The notes: generated by a model not told the origin, from the letters alone. A stretch of DNA of 64,000 bases from Clostridia bacterium (GCA_017454675.1 JAFTCN010000037.1:27573-91572), one strand, 5' to 3'; shown: positions 37,235-47,597, counted from the stretch's first letter. Program-made: numbers and translations.

Positions 37235-38032
37235 ATGATAATAAGATTTCTGGGTACAAGTCACGGATTCTGCGAAAAGGGCAGATTCTGTTCTTCGGCG
37301 GCGATCACATCCGGAGACAGGAGCTATATCATCGACGCCGGAGCTCCGATCGCGTGCCTGCTCAAGACATACGGCATCGAATACACCTCGATCGGCGGTA
37401 TCTTCATCACGCATTCCCACAGCGACCACTACTTGGGGCTCGTCGAGTATATAAACCAGCTCGAGGGATTCATGGAGTACAAGGGTTTCCACAACGACAT
37501 CTACGTGCCGGAGGGCTTCCCGAAGGCCAGGATAAACCAGTTCCTCTTCGGCGACCCCGAAGGGAAGAAGCGGACGATACCCGGCGGCGACAGCCGTCAG
37601 GGGGCCGATCCCGAGCCCGACCGCGTGACCTTCATCACCTATCATGACGGTCTCATATTCGACGACGGCCGCGTCTCGATCGAGGCGATCCCGGTACGGC
37701 ACATGGAGAACGCCCACTCCTTCCTCGTACGGGAGGGGGATAAGAAGGTGCTCTTTTCCGGCGACCTCGCGAGGAACTTCCCCGACTACCCGGCCGTCCT
37801 GACCGACGAACAGGGGGGAGGGGTCGATCTGCTGATCATAGAGGGCGCTCACACCCGTCTGAACAGGCCCGAGATCATCGATCTCTTCTCGCGCACGAAG
37901 ACAAAAAAGCTTATCATAACTCACTGCAACTACGCCCACAACACCCGCGAGATCATATCGGAGGTGAAGACGAAGCTGTCGGGGCTCTTCCCGGTCGAAG
38001 AGGCGTACGACGGACTTCAGATCAAGCTCTGA
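37235..38032 (+). CDS. MBL-fold metallo-hydrolase
   Basis: HSHSDH (HxHxDH) motif at FITHSHSDHYLG. 265 aa. Confidence 0.8.
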   Translation: MIIRFLGTSHGFCEKGRFCSSAAITSGDRSYIIDAGAPIACLLKTYGIEYTSIGGIFITHSHSDHYLGLVEYINQLEGFMEYKGFHNDIYVPEGFPKARINQFLFGDPEGKKRTIPGGDSRQGADPEPDRVTFITYHDGLIFDDGRVSIEAIPVRHMENAHSFLVREGDKKVLFSGDLARNFPDYPAVLTDEQGGGVDLLIIEGAHTRLNRPEIIDLFSRTKTKKLIITHCNYAHNTREIISEVKTKLSGLFPVEEAYDGLQIKL

Positions 38033-38073
38033 CCCGGCGGGAACGCCCGGAATTCACAGGAAAGGGATCAAAA

Positions 38074-38904
38074 ATGAGCAGAGCAGACGATATTTACAGA
38101 GAGACGTGCCTCGACATCCTTGAGAACGGCTGGAGCGACGAGGGGCTCGAGGTAAGACCCAGGTGGGAGGACGGAACTCCCGCCCACACGATCAAGAAAT
38201 TCTGCGTGGTGAACAGGTACGACCTGAAAAAGGAATTCCCCCTCATGACGCTGCGCAAGACCGGTGTCCGCAACTGCATCGACGAGATCCTTTGGATCTG
38301 GCAGAAGAAATCGAACCGGATAGCCGACCTGCATTCGCACATCTGGGACGCATGGGCAGGTCCCGACGGCACGATAGGCAAGGCATACGGATACCAGCTG
38401 GGTGTCAAACACAAATACGCCGAGGGCGAGTTCGACCAGGTCGACAGGGTGCTCTACGACCTGAAGCACAACCGCGCTTCGAGGCGCATCATGACGAATA
38501 TATACAACCACGCCGACCTCCACGAGATGAACCTCTATCCGTGCGCTTACTCGATGACCTTCAACGTCACCGGAAACTACCTCAACGGCATACTCAACCA
38601 GCGCTCTCAGGACATGCTCACCGCCAACAACTGGAACGTCGTCCAGTATTCTGTGCTCCTGTGCATGTTCGCGCAGGTCTCGGGTCTGCTCCCCGGCGAA
38701 TTCGTGCACGTGATAGCCGACTGCCACATCTACGACCGCCACATCCCGCTGGTGCGCGAGATGCTCGACCGCCCTCAGTACCCCGCGCCCGAACTGAAGC
38801 TCAATCCCGATATCAAAAACTTTTATGATTTCACCGTCGACGACGTCGTTTTTGAGAACTACGTCGCGAATCCCACCGGATTCAAGATCCCGGTGGCCGT
38901 TTAA
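38074..38904 (+). CDS. thyA: Thymidylate synthase (ThyA type)
   Basis: 276 aa. IDEILWIWQKKSN, NLYPCAYSMTF (catalytic Cys) and NQRSQD motifs. Confidence 0.9.
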   Translation: MSRADDIYRETCLDILENGWSDEGLEVRPRWEDGTPAHTIKKFCVVNRYDLKKEFPLMTLRKTGVRNCIDEILWIWQKKSNRIADLHSHIWDAWAGPDGTIGKAYGYQLGVKHKYAEGEFDQVDRVLYDLKHNRASRRIMTNIYNHADLHEMNLYPCAYSMTFNVTGNYLNGILNQRSQDMLTANNWNVVQYSVLLCMFAQVSGLLPGEFVHVIADCHIYDRHIPLVREMLDRPQYPAPELKLNPDIKNFYDFTVDDVVFENYVANPTGFKIPVAV

Positions 38905-38917
38905 GGGGGCGTTTTCA

Positions 38918-39421
38918 GTGGATCTCATCGTTGCAGCAGACAGAGGACTGGGGATCGGTAAAAAAGGGAGTCTGATCTACAGTCTCCCCGAGGATATGAA
39001 ATATTTCAGGAAAATGACGGCAGGGAAGACCGTCGTGATGGGACAGAACACCTTTCTGTCGCTTCCGGGGCCACGGCCGCTCAAGGGAAGGACGAACATT
39101 GTGCTCTCCGCGGACAGGTCGTTCAACGCCGAAGGCTGCGTCAACGTGCACAGCATCGACGAACTCTTCGAGGAGGTCTCGAAGTACCCGCCCGACGGAG
39201 TGATGCTCATCGGGGGCGCCAGTTTATACAATCTGCTTTACAACAGATGCCGCCGAGCCTACATCACCTGGATCGATGCGAAGGACCCCGAAGCCGACAC
39301 ATTCATACCCGACTTTCACCGCCTCGACGGCTGGATCCTGGAGAGCGAGCAGGCGGCGGTCGAGACCGGAGGATACACCGTTCATTTCGCTGTATACAAA
39401 AACACGGGAGCGGCTCTCTGA
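38918..39421 (+). CDS. folA: Dihydrofolate reductase
   Basis: GTG start after AAGGGGG, in frame with ORF 38825... VAADRGLGIGKKGSLIYSLPEDMKYFRKMTAGKTVVMG is a classic DHFR N-terminus. Confidence 0.85.
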   Translation: MDLIVAADRGLGIGKKGSLIYSLPEDMKYFRKMTAGKTVVMGQNTFLSLPGPRPLKGRTNIVLSADRSFNAEGCVNVHSIDELFEEVSKYPPDGVMLIGGASLYNLLYNRCRRAYITWIDAKDPEADTFIPDFHRLDGWILESEQAAVETGGYTVHFAVYKNTGAAL

Positions 39422-39457
39422 GCCGCCACGTATATTCACCTGAAGGAGAGGAGGAAA

Positions 39458-41662
39458 ATGAGAGCATTACAAAGCCTCAACGGCCTGTGGGACTACCGGG
39501 TCGGGCGCGGCATGTGGGCGGCAAGGGCCGTCCCGTTTTCGTCGCTCCCGGTCGGAGAGTCGGAATGCCGCCTCGTTTTCGACAGAGAGGTGAAGGGAGA
39601 GCGTGCATTTTTGATCTTCGAAGGGATCACCTATGCCGCAGATGTCGTCCTCAACGGTGAAGAGCTCGGGCATATGCTCCCCTATTGCGAATACCGGTTT
39701 GACGTGACGGGCATCATACGCGACGCCGGAAATGAGCTTACGGTGCGCCTTCGGGATATCGATCCGGTATTCGGTCCGTCCGAAGGGTGGGAAAACTACG
39801 GAGGGATCATCCGCCCCGTCTGGCTGATGTGCACGGCGGAGGACCGCATAACCGACGTGGTCTGGAGGGCGGAGCTGTCGGAGGATCTGTCGGTCGCCTC
39901 CTGCCGGATACTGACGGAGGCGGTCCTCCCGACGCATGGCGCCGTGCTTCGCTGGACGCTGACCGACCCGTGCGGACGCGTCTGCGCCGGCGGACCGGTC
40001 GAAGGCGGAAGCGCCTCCTTCATGCTCGACGGTCCGGTCCTCTGGTCGCCGGACCGGCCGGCGCTTTACACACTGACAGTCTCGGTCTTTGCCGGCGGGC
40101 GGGAGGTCGACCGCGACGAGAGACGCGTCGGGATCAAATCGTTTTCCGTTCGCGGCAGGAGGTTCTGTCTGAACGGCGAACCGCTCTTTCTCGTCGGAGT
40201 CTGCCGGCACGATCTCTGGGGCGGTCAGGGCCATACGATGACGGAGGAGCAGATGCGCCGTGATATGACGATGATCAAGGCGCAGGGCGCAAATTACGTC
40301 AGGCTCGTACATTACCCGCACAACAGGAGGATACTTGAGCTTGCCGACGAGCTCGGGCTCATGGTGTCGGAGGAGCCCGGGCTCTGGTGGTCGGATATGA
40401 AGAACGAAGTCCTCTGCAGGGACAGCCTTGAGGTCCTGCGGCGGACAGTCATACGCGACCGGAGCCACGTCAGCGTCGCCTTCTGGCTGGCATTCAACGA
40501 ATGCGTGTTTACGGCGGAATACCTGCGCGATGCGGCGCGTGTCTGCCGTGAGAACGATCCGACGCGTCCGGTCTCTGGGGCCAACTGCATGAGCATCGAG
40601 ATGACGAAACAGTTCTTTACCGAAAACGGGTTCGATTTCTATACCATGCATCCGTACGCCGACAATACCGGGCGTATGTGGGAGAGCGCGGAAAAGCTGA
40701 ACGACAAACCGCTTGTTTTCACAGAGTGGGGCGGATATATGGTCTGGAGGAACGACGACCTGTTTGCCCGTTTCATCCGGGACATGGTGACGATGTGGCG
40801 CAATACGGGGGATAAGCCCGTCCTCGCCGGAGCGGCGCTCTGGTGCTGGGCGGACATATATGAGTTTTCCCGCATGGAGCCCGCATGCCGGGACGGGATA
40901 CTTTGCGAGGGGCTGACCGATATAGACCGGAAGCCTCATTCGCATCTTCCCGTGTTCCGGCGGGAATTCTCCCGGCTTTACGAAGAACCGTCTCCTGAAT
41001 ACCGGCTGGTGCTGTCAGAACTTATGAAAGAACCGGCGTGGACGCCGATTTCCTTCGAAAGCGACAAAGAGTCCGACGACCGCGCGTGGCGGCTTATGGA
41101 GGAACGCAGCCGAGAACCTGTGACCAGGTTCTTCCACCCGAAGAAGCGGGAGCGCCACATTCGGTTCGGTCCGGTCCTTCAGAAGGACGGACTGCCGTCC
41201 GGATGTCTCGCAAGACCGGCCGTCATTACAGAGGGGGAACGTTTTTTTGCCGTTTCGGCTGAGGGGGACGTGCTGAGGATCCTCGGAAACGTCAGTATGC
41301 CGCACGGTTATCCGGTCGGCGGAGTTTATGGTGAAAAGGCCGGAGCATATCTTCTGCATTACGCCGATGGCGTGACAGAGACGGTCCCGCTGCGAAACGG
41401 CTATGAGATCACCACCGCCTTCCTCCGCTGGGGACCGTCCCGGCTGGATCCGGTCGCGGCCGCCGCGCCGCGCGCCATGACTTTCCACTATGACTATGAC
41501 AGCGAGTCCTACGCCGTCAACGCCTTCGATGTCCCGCTGCGCCCGGTCGCGCTGACAGGTCTCACCGTCCGCGTCTCCGATCCGGCATATTGCCTTCTGC
41601 TGTACGGACTGGCAGCGCGGAAGGGAGTGACGGCGGGTCAGTCGGCACCGGCTGACGTGTGA
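39458..41662 (+). CDS. Glycoside hydrolase family 2 (beta-galactosidase/beta-glucuronidase-like)
   Basis: LNGLWDY start, acid/base WLAFNEC, and a TEWGG nucleophile region. 734 aa. Confidence 0.75.
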   Translation: MRALQSLNGLWDYRVGRGMWAARAVPFSSLPVGESECRLVFDREVKGERAFLIFEGITYAADVVLNGEELGHMLPYCEYRFDVTGIIRDAGNELTVRLRDIDPVFGPSEGWENYGGIIRPVWLMCTAEDRITDVVWRAELSEDLSVASCRILTEAVLPTHGAVLRWTLTDPCGRVCAGGPVEGGSASFMLDGPVLWSPDRPALYTLTVSVFAGGREVDRDERRVGIKSFSVRGRRFCLNGEPLFLVGVCRHDLWGGQGHTMTEEQMRRDMTMIKAQGANYVRLVHYPHNRRILELADELGLMVSEEPGLWWSDMKNEVLCRDSLEVLRRTVIRDRSHVSVAFWLAFNECVFTAEYLRDAARVCRENDPTRPVSGANCMSIEMTKQFFTENGFDFYTMHPYADNTGRMWESAEKLNDKPLVFTEWGGYMVWRNDDLFARFIRDMVTMWRNTGDKPVLAGAALWCWADIYEFSRMEPACRDGILCEGLTDIDRKPHSHLPVFRREFSRLYEEPSPEYRLVLSELMKEPAWTPISFESDKESDDRAWRLMEERSREPVTRFFHPKKRERHIRFGPVLQKDGLPSGCLARPAVITEGERFFAVSAEGDVLRILGNVSMPHGYPVGGVYGEKAGAYLLHYADGVTETVPLRNGYEITTAFLRWGPSRLDPVAAAAPRAMTFHYDYDSESYAVNAFDVPLRPVALTGLTVRVSDPAYCLLLYGLAARKGVTAGQSAPADV

Positions 41663-41808
41663 GCTCCTGCCCGGCTGTGCGCCTTCCGCGTTATTCCTTC
41701 AACCTGCCTTCTGTTCCTGTTTATTATCATCCCCGGACTTTTTTTCAGTAACAAGCCCGGCGAACCGGAGCGATATCCGGTATGTGCGGATTTTTCTTCA
41801 AAATGGGC

Positions 41809-41837
41809 TTGACAAAGGGGTAAAACAGGAGTATAAT
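41809..41837 (+). promoter_or_regulatory. Consensus sigma-A promoter for tRNA-Arg (TTGACA-N17-TATAAT)
   Basis: TTGACA at 41809-41814 and TATAAT at 41832-41837. Confidence 0.75.
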
Positions 41838-41856
41838 ATTAGGGCTCTCAGGAAAT

Positions 41857-41933
41857 GCGCCGTTAGCTCAGCTGGATAGAGTGTTTGGCTACGAACCAAA
41901 AGGCCGGGGGTTCGAGTCCCTTACGGCGCGCCA
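41857..41933 (+). tRNA. tRNA-Arg (anticodon ACG), CCA encoded
   Basis: Acceptor GCGCCGT/ACGGCGC, anticodon stem-loop TTTGG-CTACGAA-CCAAA, T-loop TTCGAGT, 3' GCCA. Confidence 0.9.
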
Positions 41934-41945
41934 GAGCATACATCT

Positions 41946-41986
41946 GACCGACAGGCCCCGAGCGGGGTCCTGCCGGTCCTTTTTTC
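41946..41986 (+). terminator. Intrinsic terminator after tRNA-Arg
   Basis: gaccgacaggcccc gagc ggggtcctgccggtc followed by cttttttcg. Confidence 0.75.
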
Positions 41987-42092
41987 GTCCGGGAAGACTG
42001 CCGGGGCGGACGGCGGATCGGGGCGAAAAGCCTTTTTTTTGTGATTTTCGGGTATGTACCGTGAATTGTTTATGAACCGTTCCGAAAAACAC

Positions 42093-42121
42093 TTGCAAAT
42101 TGCTCTATTGTATGATAAAAT
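42093..42121 (+). promoter_or_regulatory. Sigma-A promoter (TTGCAA-N17-TAAAAT, TG extended -10)
   Basis: TTGCAA at 42093-42098 and TAAAAT at 42116-42121. Confidence 0.6.
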
Positions 42122-42211
42122 TTAACAGTCGAAAGATGCGCGGGCCCCGCAGGGCGGCTCCGTACCGGACGGGATACCATAATCATTTAAGTATAGAGAG
42201 GATCGAAGACC

Positions 42212-43270
42212 ATGGCAAAGTTTTGTTCCAACTGCGGGAGTCCGCTGACCGATAATTCGAAATTCTGCCCGTTCTGCGGCATGAAGCTGACGGACGTCGC
42301 TGAGACCGCCGCCGCTGCCGCCGGAGCAGCCGCTGCCGCCGCTGCGGACACCGCCGCAGAGGCCGCGGAAGCCGCCGTCAAAAAGACGGAAGAGGCAGGA
42401 GATCAGATAGCCGAAGCCGCATCCGCCGTCGCTGAGACCGCCGCCGAGGCAGACGAAAAGCTTGAAGCTGCGGCTGAAAAAGCCGGAGACGCCGCCGAAG
42501 AGGCGAAGGACCGGGCGGAATCCGCCGTTGAAGGCGCCGCAGAGGCCGCGGCGGCCGCTGCCGCCGGAATAGCGGCGGAAGCCGGGATGATAAAGACCGA
42601 CGCCGGAGAGAGAATTGCGGAAATGAAGGCAGAGGCCGGGGAAAAGCTCGAAGCCGCCGGAGCTGAAGCCGACAGGACGGCCGCAGACATCGCCGCGAGA
42701 GTGGACGAAGGCCGTCAGTATCTCGACAGCCAGTACGCCCCCGCTCCCGCGCAGCAGCCGGCACAGCAGCCGGTAGGGGAATACGCTCCGCAGTATGATC
42801 AGAACACCTCCGCGCAGCCGGAGCAGGCCGCACCCGAAAAGAAGAGCAAAAAGCAGCTGAAACAGGAAAAGAAGGCAGCCGAGAAGGCAGCCGAGAAGGC
42901 AGCCAGGGAGGCAGCCGCGGAAGCCGCCGCAGCGGCCGCGACCGACGGACAGGCCGGCGAACAGACCGGCAGTAAAAAGGTGAAGGACGGGAACGTCTCT
43001 ACCGGAGGTTTCTTCTGGCTCATGTTCCTTTACGCGATCCCTGTCATCGGATTCATAGTCGATTTCATCATCATGCTCGCCGCGAAGAAAAAGAGCCTCA
43101 AGCACTTCTCAGCAGCGGTGTTCATCTGGAAGATCATAGGGATCATCGTCTGCATAGCCTGCTGCATAGGACTTGTCATATTCTTCCTTTCGATCGGATT
43201 CACCTTCGAGGAACTCATCGATTCGATCGCGAACGGCACGCTGTTCGACAAGCTCGACATCAAATTCTGA
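42212..43270 (+). CDS. Zinc-ribbon protein with a long Ala/Glu-rich low-complexity region and a C-terminal multi-TM domain
   Basis: MAKFCSNCGSPLTDNSKFCPFCG zinc ribbon, about 230 aa of A/E/K-rich sequence, then 3-4 hydrophobic helices. Confidence 0.7.
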   Translation: MAKFCSNCGSPLTDNSKFCPFCGMKLTDVAETAAAAAGAAAAAAADTAAEAAEAAVKKTEEAGDQIAEAASAVAETAAEADEKLEAAAEKAGDAAEEAKDRAESAVEGAAEAAAAAAAGIAAEAGMIKTDAGERIAEMKAEAGEKLEAAGAEADRTAADIAARVDEGRQYLDSQYAPAPAQQPAQQPVGEYAPQYDQNTSAQPEQAAPEKKSKKQLKQEKKAAEKAAEKAAREAAAEAAAAAATDGQAGEQTGSKKVKDGNVSTGGFFWLMFLYAIPVIGFIVDFIIMLAAKKKSLKHFSAAVFIWKIIGIIVCIACCIGLVIFFLSIGFTFEELIDSIANGTLFDKLDIKF

Positions 43271-43289
43271 TCCCTGACGGAGATCCGTT

Positions 43290-44786
43290 TTGAAAAGAAT
43301 TATCAGATCAGTAATAACAGGTCATGCCGGAAAGGGCGCGGCGGCGATCGCCGCGCTCGTTCTCGCTGCGGCGGCGATCTTCGCCGCGTGCGAAGGAGGG
43401 GAGCTCCCGGCGGGACCGGCCGAGCCGGCAGAGACCGGTGTCATATCGACATCTCCCGACTATCCACTCGTCACGCTGCCGCCCGACGCGGTCACGGACG
43501 GTACGGGTGAGTCCCTGACATCGCCTCCCGAGATCACGACGGCCGAGATCACGACGGCAGAGGTCACGACGGCAGAGATCACGACGGCCGAGGTCACGAC
43601 CGCCGAGGTCACGACGGCCGAGATCACGACGGCCGAGATCACGACGTCCGAGGTCACGACCGCCGAGGTCACGACTGCCGAGGTCACGACGGCCGAGGTC
43701 ACGACGGCCGAGGTCACGACCGCCGAAGTCACGACGTCCGAGGTCACGACGGCCGAGATCACGACGGCCGAAGTCACGACCGCCGAGGTCACAAAGCCGC
43801 CCGTCACGACCGCAGCTGTCACCACACCGCCGGCGCCGCCTCCCGACACCGGGAAGTCGATCGTCTATCTGCCGGTCGGAGGATATTTCATATACGGCGA
43901 CTCGGCATATGTCACCGCTTCGTACAATTCTTCACAGGCCGTCGTGGCCGGGCGTTACAAACACGCCGCGGAGAGCTACATGGAGGCCTTCCCGGGGGCG
44001 CGTGTCAGCGTTCTGATCGTCCCCACGTCAGCCGCCACGATCACCGATGAGCCTGCCGCGTCTCAGCTGAGCGACCAGGGAGAGATCCTGTCGAAGATAG
44101 GCGCGCTCTACAGCGATTCTGCCGTCAATTTCGTCAATATCTACGATACCGTCATGGCTCACAGGGACGAATACCTGTATCTCCGGACCGACCACCACTG
44201 GAACAGCCTCGGCGCGTACTACGCATACGCTGACTTCGTGTCGTCGGTGGGGATGACGCCAACGCCGGTATCGGAGTTCACGAAGTCTTACGTCAGGGCG
44301 AACTACATAGGGTCGATATACAGCTACAACAGCGACTACGCGGTCGCCGCGAAGCTGCGGAACTTCCCCGATACCATCGAGGCGTACGTCTCGAAAAAGG
44401 CGTGCGTCATGACGCACAAAAACGACGCCGGAGCCGTCACCGGGAGATGGGACTACGCGATCTTCCAGACGGTCTCGCACAACGGCGGGATCGCCTCGTT
44501 CATAGGCGGAGACAAGCCCTTCGTGCACATCAACGTGCCCGAGAATCCGCAGGACCTCTCGATCCTCGTGATCAAGGACTCGTACGCCGACCAGCTGGTT
44601 CCGTTCTTCATCGAGCACTACGGAAATATCTACGTCGTCGATCCGCGCTACAACAGCACGAACAAGCTGAAGTCTCAGTTCGCCGACGCCGGGCTCGACG
44701 ACATACTGTTCGTCAACAATCTGCAGGTCGCAAACAGCAACTACTGGCAGAAGGCCTATCACAGGCTGATCGGGATCAGCTACTGA
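43290..44786 (+). CDS. DHHW-family protein (AlgX/AlgJ-like SGNH fold) with a (TTAE[VI])n linker
   Basis: TTG start, signal anchor, and [16 protein letters not shown] (DHHW motif). 498 aa. Confidence 0.75.
   Translation: MKRIIRSVITGHAGKGAAAIAALVLAAAAIFAACEGGELPAGPAEPAETGVISTSPDYPLVTLPPDAVTDGTGESLTSPPEITTAEITTAEVTTAEITTAEVTTAEVTTAEITTAEITTSEVTTAEVTTAEVTTAEVTTAEVTTAEVTTSEVTTAEITTAEVTTAEVTKPPVTTAAVTTPPAPPPDTGKSIVYLPVGGYFIYGDSAYVTASYNSSQAVVAGRYKHAAESYMEAFPGARVSVLIVPTSAATITDEPAASQLSDQGEILSKIGALYSDSAVNFVNIYDTVMAHRDEYLYLRTDHHWNSLGAYYAYADFVSSVGMTPTPVSEFTKSYVRANYIGSIYSYNSDYAVAAKLRNFPDTIEAYVSKKACVMTHKNDAGAVTGRWDYAIFQTVSHNGGIASFIGGDKPFVHINVPENPQDLSILVIKDSYADQLVPFFIEHYGNIYVVDPRYNSTNKLKSQFADAGLDDILFVNNLQVANSNYWQKAYHRLIGISY
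43530..43793 (+). repeat. 15-bp in-frame tandem repeat, about 17.5 copies, encoding E[IV]TT[AS]
   Basis: The unit gag-rtc-acg-acn-gcc repeats without interruption. It also creates the spurious antisense ORF 43460..43849. Confidence 0.95.
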
Positions 44787-44915
44787 CCTCCTGCAGGCAG
44801 GGGAGTGCAGCGGCAGGACAGATAAGCGAATAAAAAACAGCATCCCCGCGGATCCTCTCCGCGGGGATGTGTTTTATGCCGCGGCGGTGTTTTCATTCCG
44901 CCGGACATTCCGGAC

Positions 44916-45734
44916 TTACTTCATCGGGACCACGGCGCCGCCGTAGGTCGCGCGGATGTAATCGGAGATGGCGCTCGAGGTGATGACCTCGACGAGGGCC
45001 TTGATCTTCTCCTGGTTTTCGTTGCCTTCCTTGACGACCAGAACGTTGCCGTAGGTCTTCGCGGCCTCGGACTCGGCCGATTCGGCGGCGAGAGCCTCGG
45101 ATACCTTGAGCCCGGCGGAGAGCGCGTAGTTGCCGTTGATGATGCCGATGTCGACGTCGTCGAGCACGGTGGAGACAAGGGCGGCCTCGACTTCGCGGAT
45201 CTGGAAGTTGTGCGGGTTGCTCTTGATGTCCTTCACGGTGGCGGTAAGGCCGGCGCCTTCGTTCAGCTCGATGAGGCCGTTGTCGGCAAGGAGCAGCAGG
45301 GCGCGGGCTTCGTTCGTCGTGTCGTTGGGCACGGCTATCGAGGCGCCGTCGGCGAGTGCCTCAAGCGACTTTGTCTTGCCGGCGTAGATGCCGAAGGGCT
45401 CGTAGTGGACGGTCGCGACCGAGACGAGGTGGGTGCCCTGTTCGGCGTTGAAGGAGTTGAGGTAGGGGGTGTGCTGGAAGTAGTTGGCGTCGACCTCTCC
45501 GTCTTCGGTGGCGGTGTTCGGGGTCACGTAGTCCTCCATGACCTTGACCACGAGGGTGTATCCCTTTTCCTGCATGGCGGCCTTGCACTGCTCGAGGATC
45601 TCGGCGTGGGGGGTCGATGAGGCGGCGACCGTCACTGTTTTAGCGTCGGAGCCTCCGCCGCAGGAGGCGAACGAGGCTGCGCATGACGCGATCAGCAGCG
45701 CGGCGCAGACGATCGAAAGGATCTTTCTTTTCAT
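44916..45734 (-). CDS. metQ: MetQ/NlpA-family methionine-binding lipoprotein
   Basis: Lipobox and NlpA-like sequence (VTVAASSTPHAEILE, YFQHTPYL). Confidence 0.85.
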   Translation of the reverse strand: MKRKILSIVCAALLIASCAASFASCGGGSDAKTVTVAASSTPHAEILEQCKAAMQEKGYTLVVKVMEDYVTPNTATEDGEVDANYFQHTPYLNSFNAEQGTHLVSVATVHYEPFGIYAGKTKSLEALADGASIAVPNDTTNEARALLLLADNGLIELNEGAGLTATVKDIKSNPHNFQIREVEAALVSTVLDDVDIGIINGNYALSAGLKVSEALAAESAESEAAKTYGNVLVVKEGNENQEKIKALVEVITSSAISDYIRATYGGAVVPMK

Positions 45735-45800
45735 TTCTGTAATTCTCCTTTATCGGTGTGAATGATTATCTGATCTGCTTTACCGGAGGACGTGTCACGT

Positions 45801-46550
45801 CTATTTTCTCCTCCGCCTGTCGGTCTTTACCGCTGCGAGGTTGAAGCTCTCCTGGAAGATCTGGACAACGATGATGAGCAGGAAGGACGAGATATACATG
45901 ATCGTCGCGTCGAATCGGTAGATGCCGTAGCGGATCGCGAGGTTCCCGAGTCCTCCTCCGGCCACGAGATATGTCATCGGGGTATATCCGAGGATCGTCG
46001 TGAAGGCGATCGCGGCGCCGGTGAGCAGCGAAGGCTTTGCCTCCGGGATGAGCACCTTCGCTATGAGCCCGAAATTGCCGGTGCCCATCGACTGAGCGGC
46101 CTCGATGACCCCGGCGTCGACCTCGCGGAGCGAAGACTCCACCATCCGGGATACGAACGGGATCGCGGCTATGCTGAGATAGACTATGAAGGCGGCGTTG
46201 CCGAGCTTTGTCCCGACGACGGCCTTCGCCACCGGCTGCGTCAGTACGAGCAGGATGATGAAGGGCACCGAGCGGAAGATGTTCACGACGAAGCCCAGGA
46301 CCGAGTTCACCGGACGGTTGGGAAAGAGACTGCCCTTCGACGTCCCGTATAAGATCACGCCGACCGGTATCCCGAAGAGATATGCTATCGCGGTCCCGGA
46401 GACGGTGATATAGACGGTCTCCCATATGGCGACGGCGTAGTCGTGTGCCATCCCGCCGCCGAAAACCCGGGCGAAGAATCCGGCAGTCCCGCTGCCGGTG
46501 AGCAGCGAGAACAGCTGTGTGAATATTGAAAGGGAAGCTTGACCGCCCAT
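45801..46550 (-). CDS. metI: Methionine ABC transporter permease
   Basis: Aligns by eye with MetI/MetP (NIFRSVPFIILLV, EAAQSMG). It is the only CDS here that I see ending in TAG. The start could be the internal Met at 46451. Confidence 0.8.
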   Translation of the reverse strand: MGGQASLSIFTQLFSLLTGSGTAGFFARVFGGGMAHDYAVAIWETVYITVSGTAIAYLFGIPVGVILYGTSKGSLFPNRPVNSVLGFVVNIFRSVPFIILLVLTQPVAKAVVGTKLGNAAFIVYLSIAAIPFVSRMVESSLREVDAGVIEAAQSMGTGNFGLIAKVLIPEAKPSLLTGAAIAFTTILGYTPMTYLVAGGGLGNLAIRYGIYRFDATIMYISSFLLIIVVQIFQESFNLAAVKTDRRRRK

Positions 46551-46604
46551 TATTGTCTGCCGTCCTCTCTTTTTAGTATGATCCCGGCCTTTCCGGGGCC
46601 CGGC

Positions 46605-47597
46605 TCAAAGATCCTCGTCCGCATACTGTATGCCTCTCGAGTCGAGATAAGAGTGGATGCGCGACACCGCCGCCGCGTCGTCGGGCAGCTGGAGCAGCAT
46701 CTGCCCGTAGGCGCTGCCTCCGATGTCGCGGGTGTCGGCGTAGAGTATGTTGACGGTGCAGCGGCATTCGAGTATCATGTTCGAGATGACGGGCTCGAAC
46801 GACGAGCGGCCGTCGAAAGTGATCCTTACGGCGCACTTCGTCATACCGGATGCCTGCGGGCGCAGAGAGGGGAGCACGAGCTCCCGGCCCATCTCGGACT
46901 TGGGGTCGGAGAACACCTCGGATACCTTTCCCACCTCGGCGATCCGGCTCCGGTCTATGATGGCGACTCTGCCGCAGATCTGCTCGATGACTTTCATTTC
47001 GTGGGTGATCACGACGATCGTCACCCCGCGCTCGCGGTTTATGCCGGCGAGCAGCTCGAGTATCTGCGACGTCGTGGTAGGGTCGAGAGCGCTCGTTGCC
47101 TCGTCGCACAGAAGGTACGACGGGTCGGTCGCCAGCGCCCTGGCTATAGCGACGCGCTGCTTCTGGCCGCCCGACAGCTGCGACGGGTACGCGCCCGCCC
47201 TGTCGGACAGACCGACAGTCTCAAGCAGCTCCCCGGCCTTCGCGACAGCCTCTTTCCGCGGCGTTCCTGCGATCTCGAGCGGAAAGAGCACGTTGCCCAG
47301 CGCGGTGCGCTGCGAGAGCAGATTGAAGCTCTGGAATATCATGCCGATCTTCCTGCGCGTGCGGAGCAGTTCCTTCCGGCTCATGGCGGTGAGATCGCGG
47401 CCGTCGACGAGCACCTGCCCCGATGTCGGCCTCTCCAGCAGGTTCATGCAGCGCACGAGCGTGCTTTTCCCCGCTCCGGACAGGCCGATTATCCCGAAGA
47501 TCTCGCCGTCCCCGATCGTGAGATCGATGCCGGAGAGCGCGGTGATGCCGCCTTCGGGAGTAGGATATTTTTTTGTCAGATCCCTTATCTCTATCAT
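46605..47597 (-). CDS. metN: Methionine ABC transporter ATP-binding protein with a C-terminal NIL domain
   Basis: MIEIRDLTKKY start, Walker A GLSGAGKST, and signature LSGGQKQRVAIARAL. Confidence 0.9.
   Translation of the reverse strand: MIEIRDLTKKYPTPEGGITALSGIDLTIGDGEIFGIIGLSGAGKSTLVRCMNLLERPTSGQVLVDGRDLTAMSRKELLRTRRKIGMIFQSFNLLSQRTALGNVLFPLEIAGTPRKEAVAKAGELLETVGLSDRAGAYPSQLSGGQKQRVAIARALATDPSYLLCDEATSALDPTTTSQILELLAGINRERGVTIVVITHEMKVIEQICGRVAIIDRSRIAEVGKVSEVFSDPKSEMGRELVLPSLRPQASGMTKCAVRITFDGRSSFEPVISNMILECRCTVNILYADTRDIGGSAYGQMLLQLPDDAAAVSRIHSYLDSRGIQYADEDL

Noticed and set aside
43460-43849. 129-aa minus-strand ORF made of VVTSA repeats, and the thought that the periodic 15-mers could be a CRISPR-like array.
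   Set aside because: It is the antisense reading of the in-frame 15-bp coding tandem repeat of the DHHW gene. The units are contiguous with no spacers, so it is not a CRISPR array.
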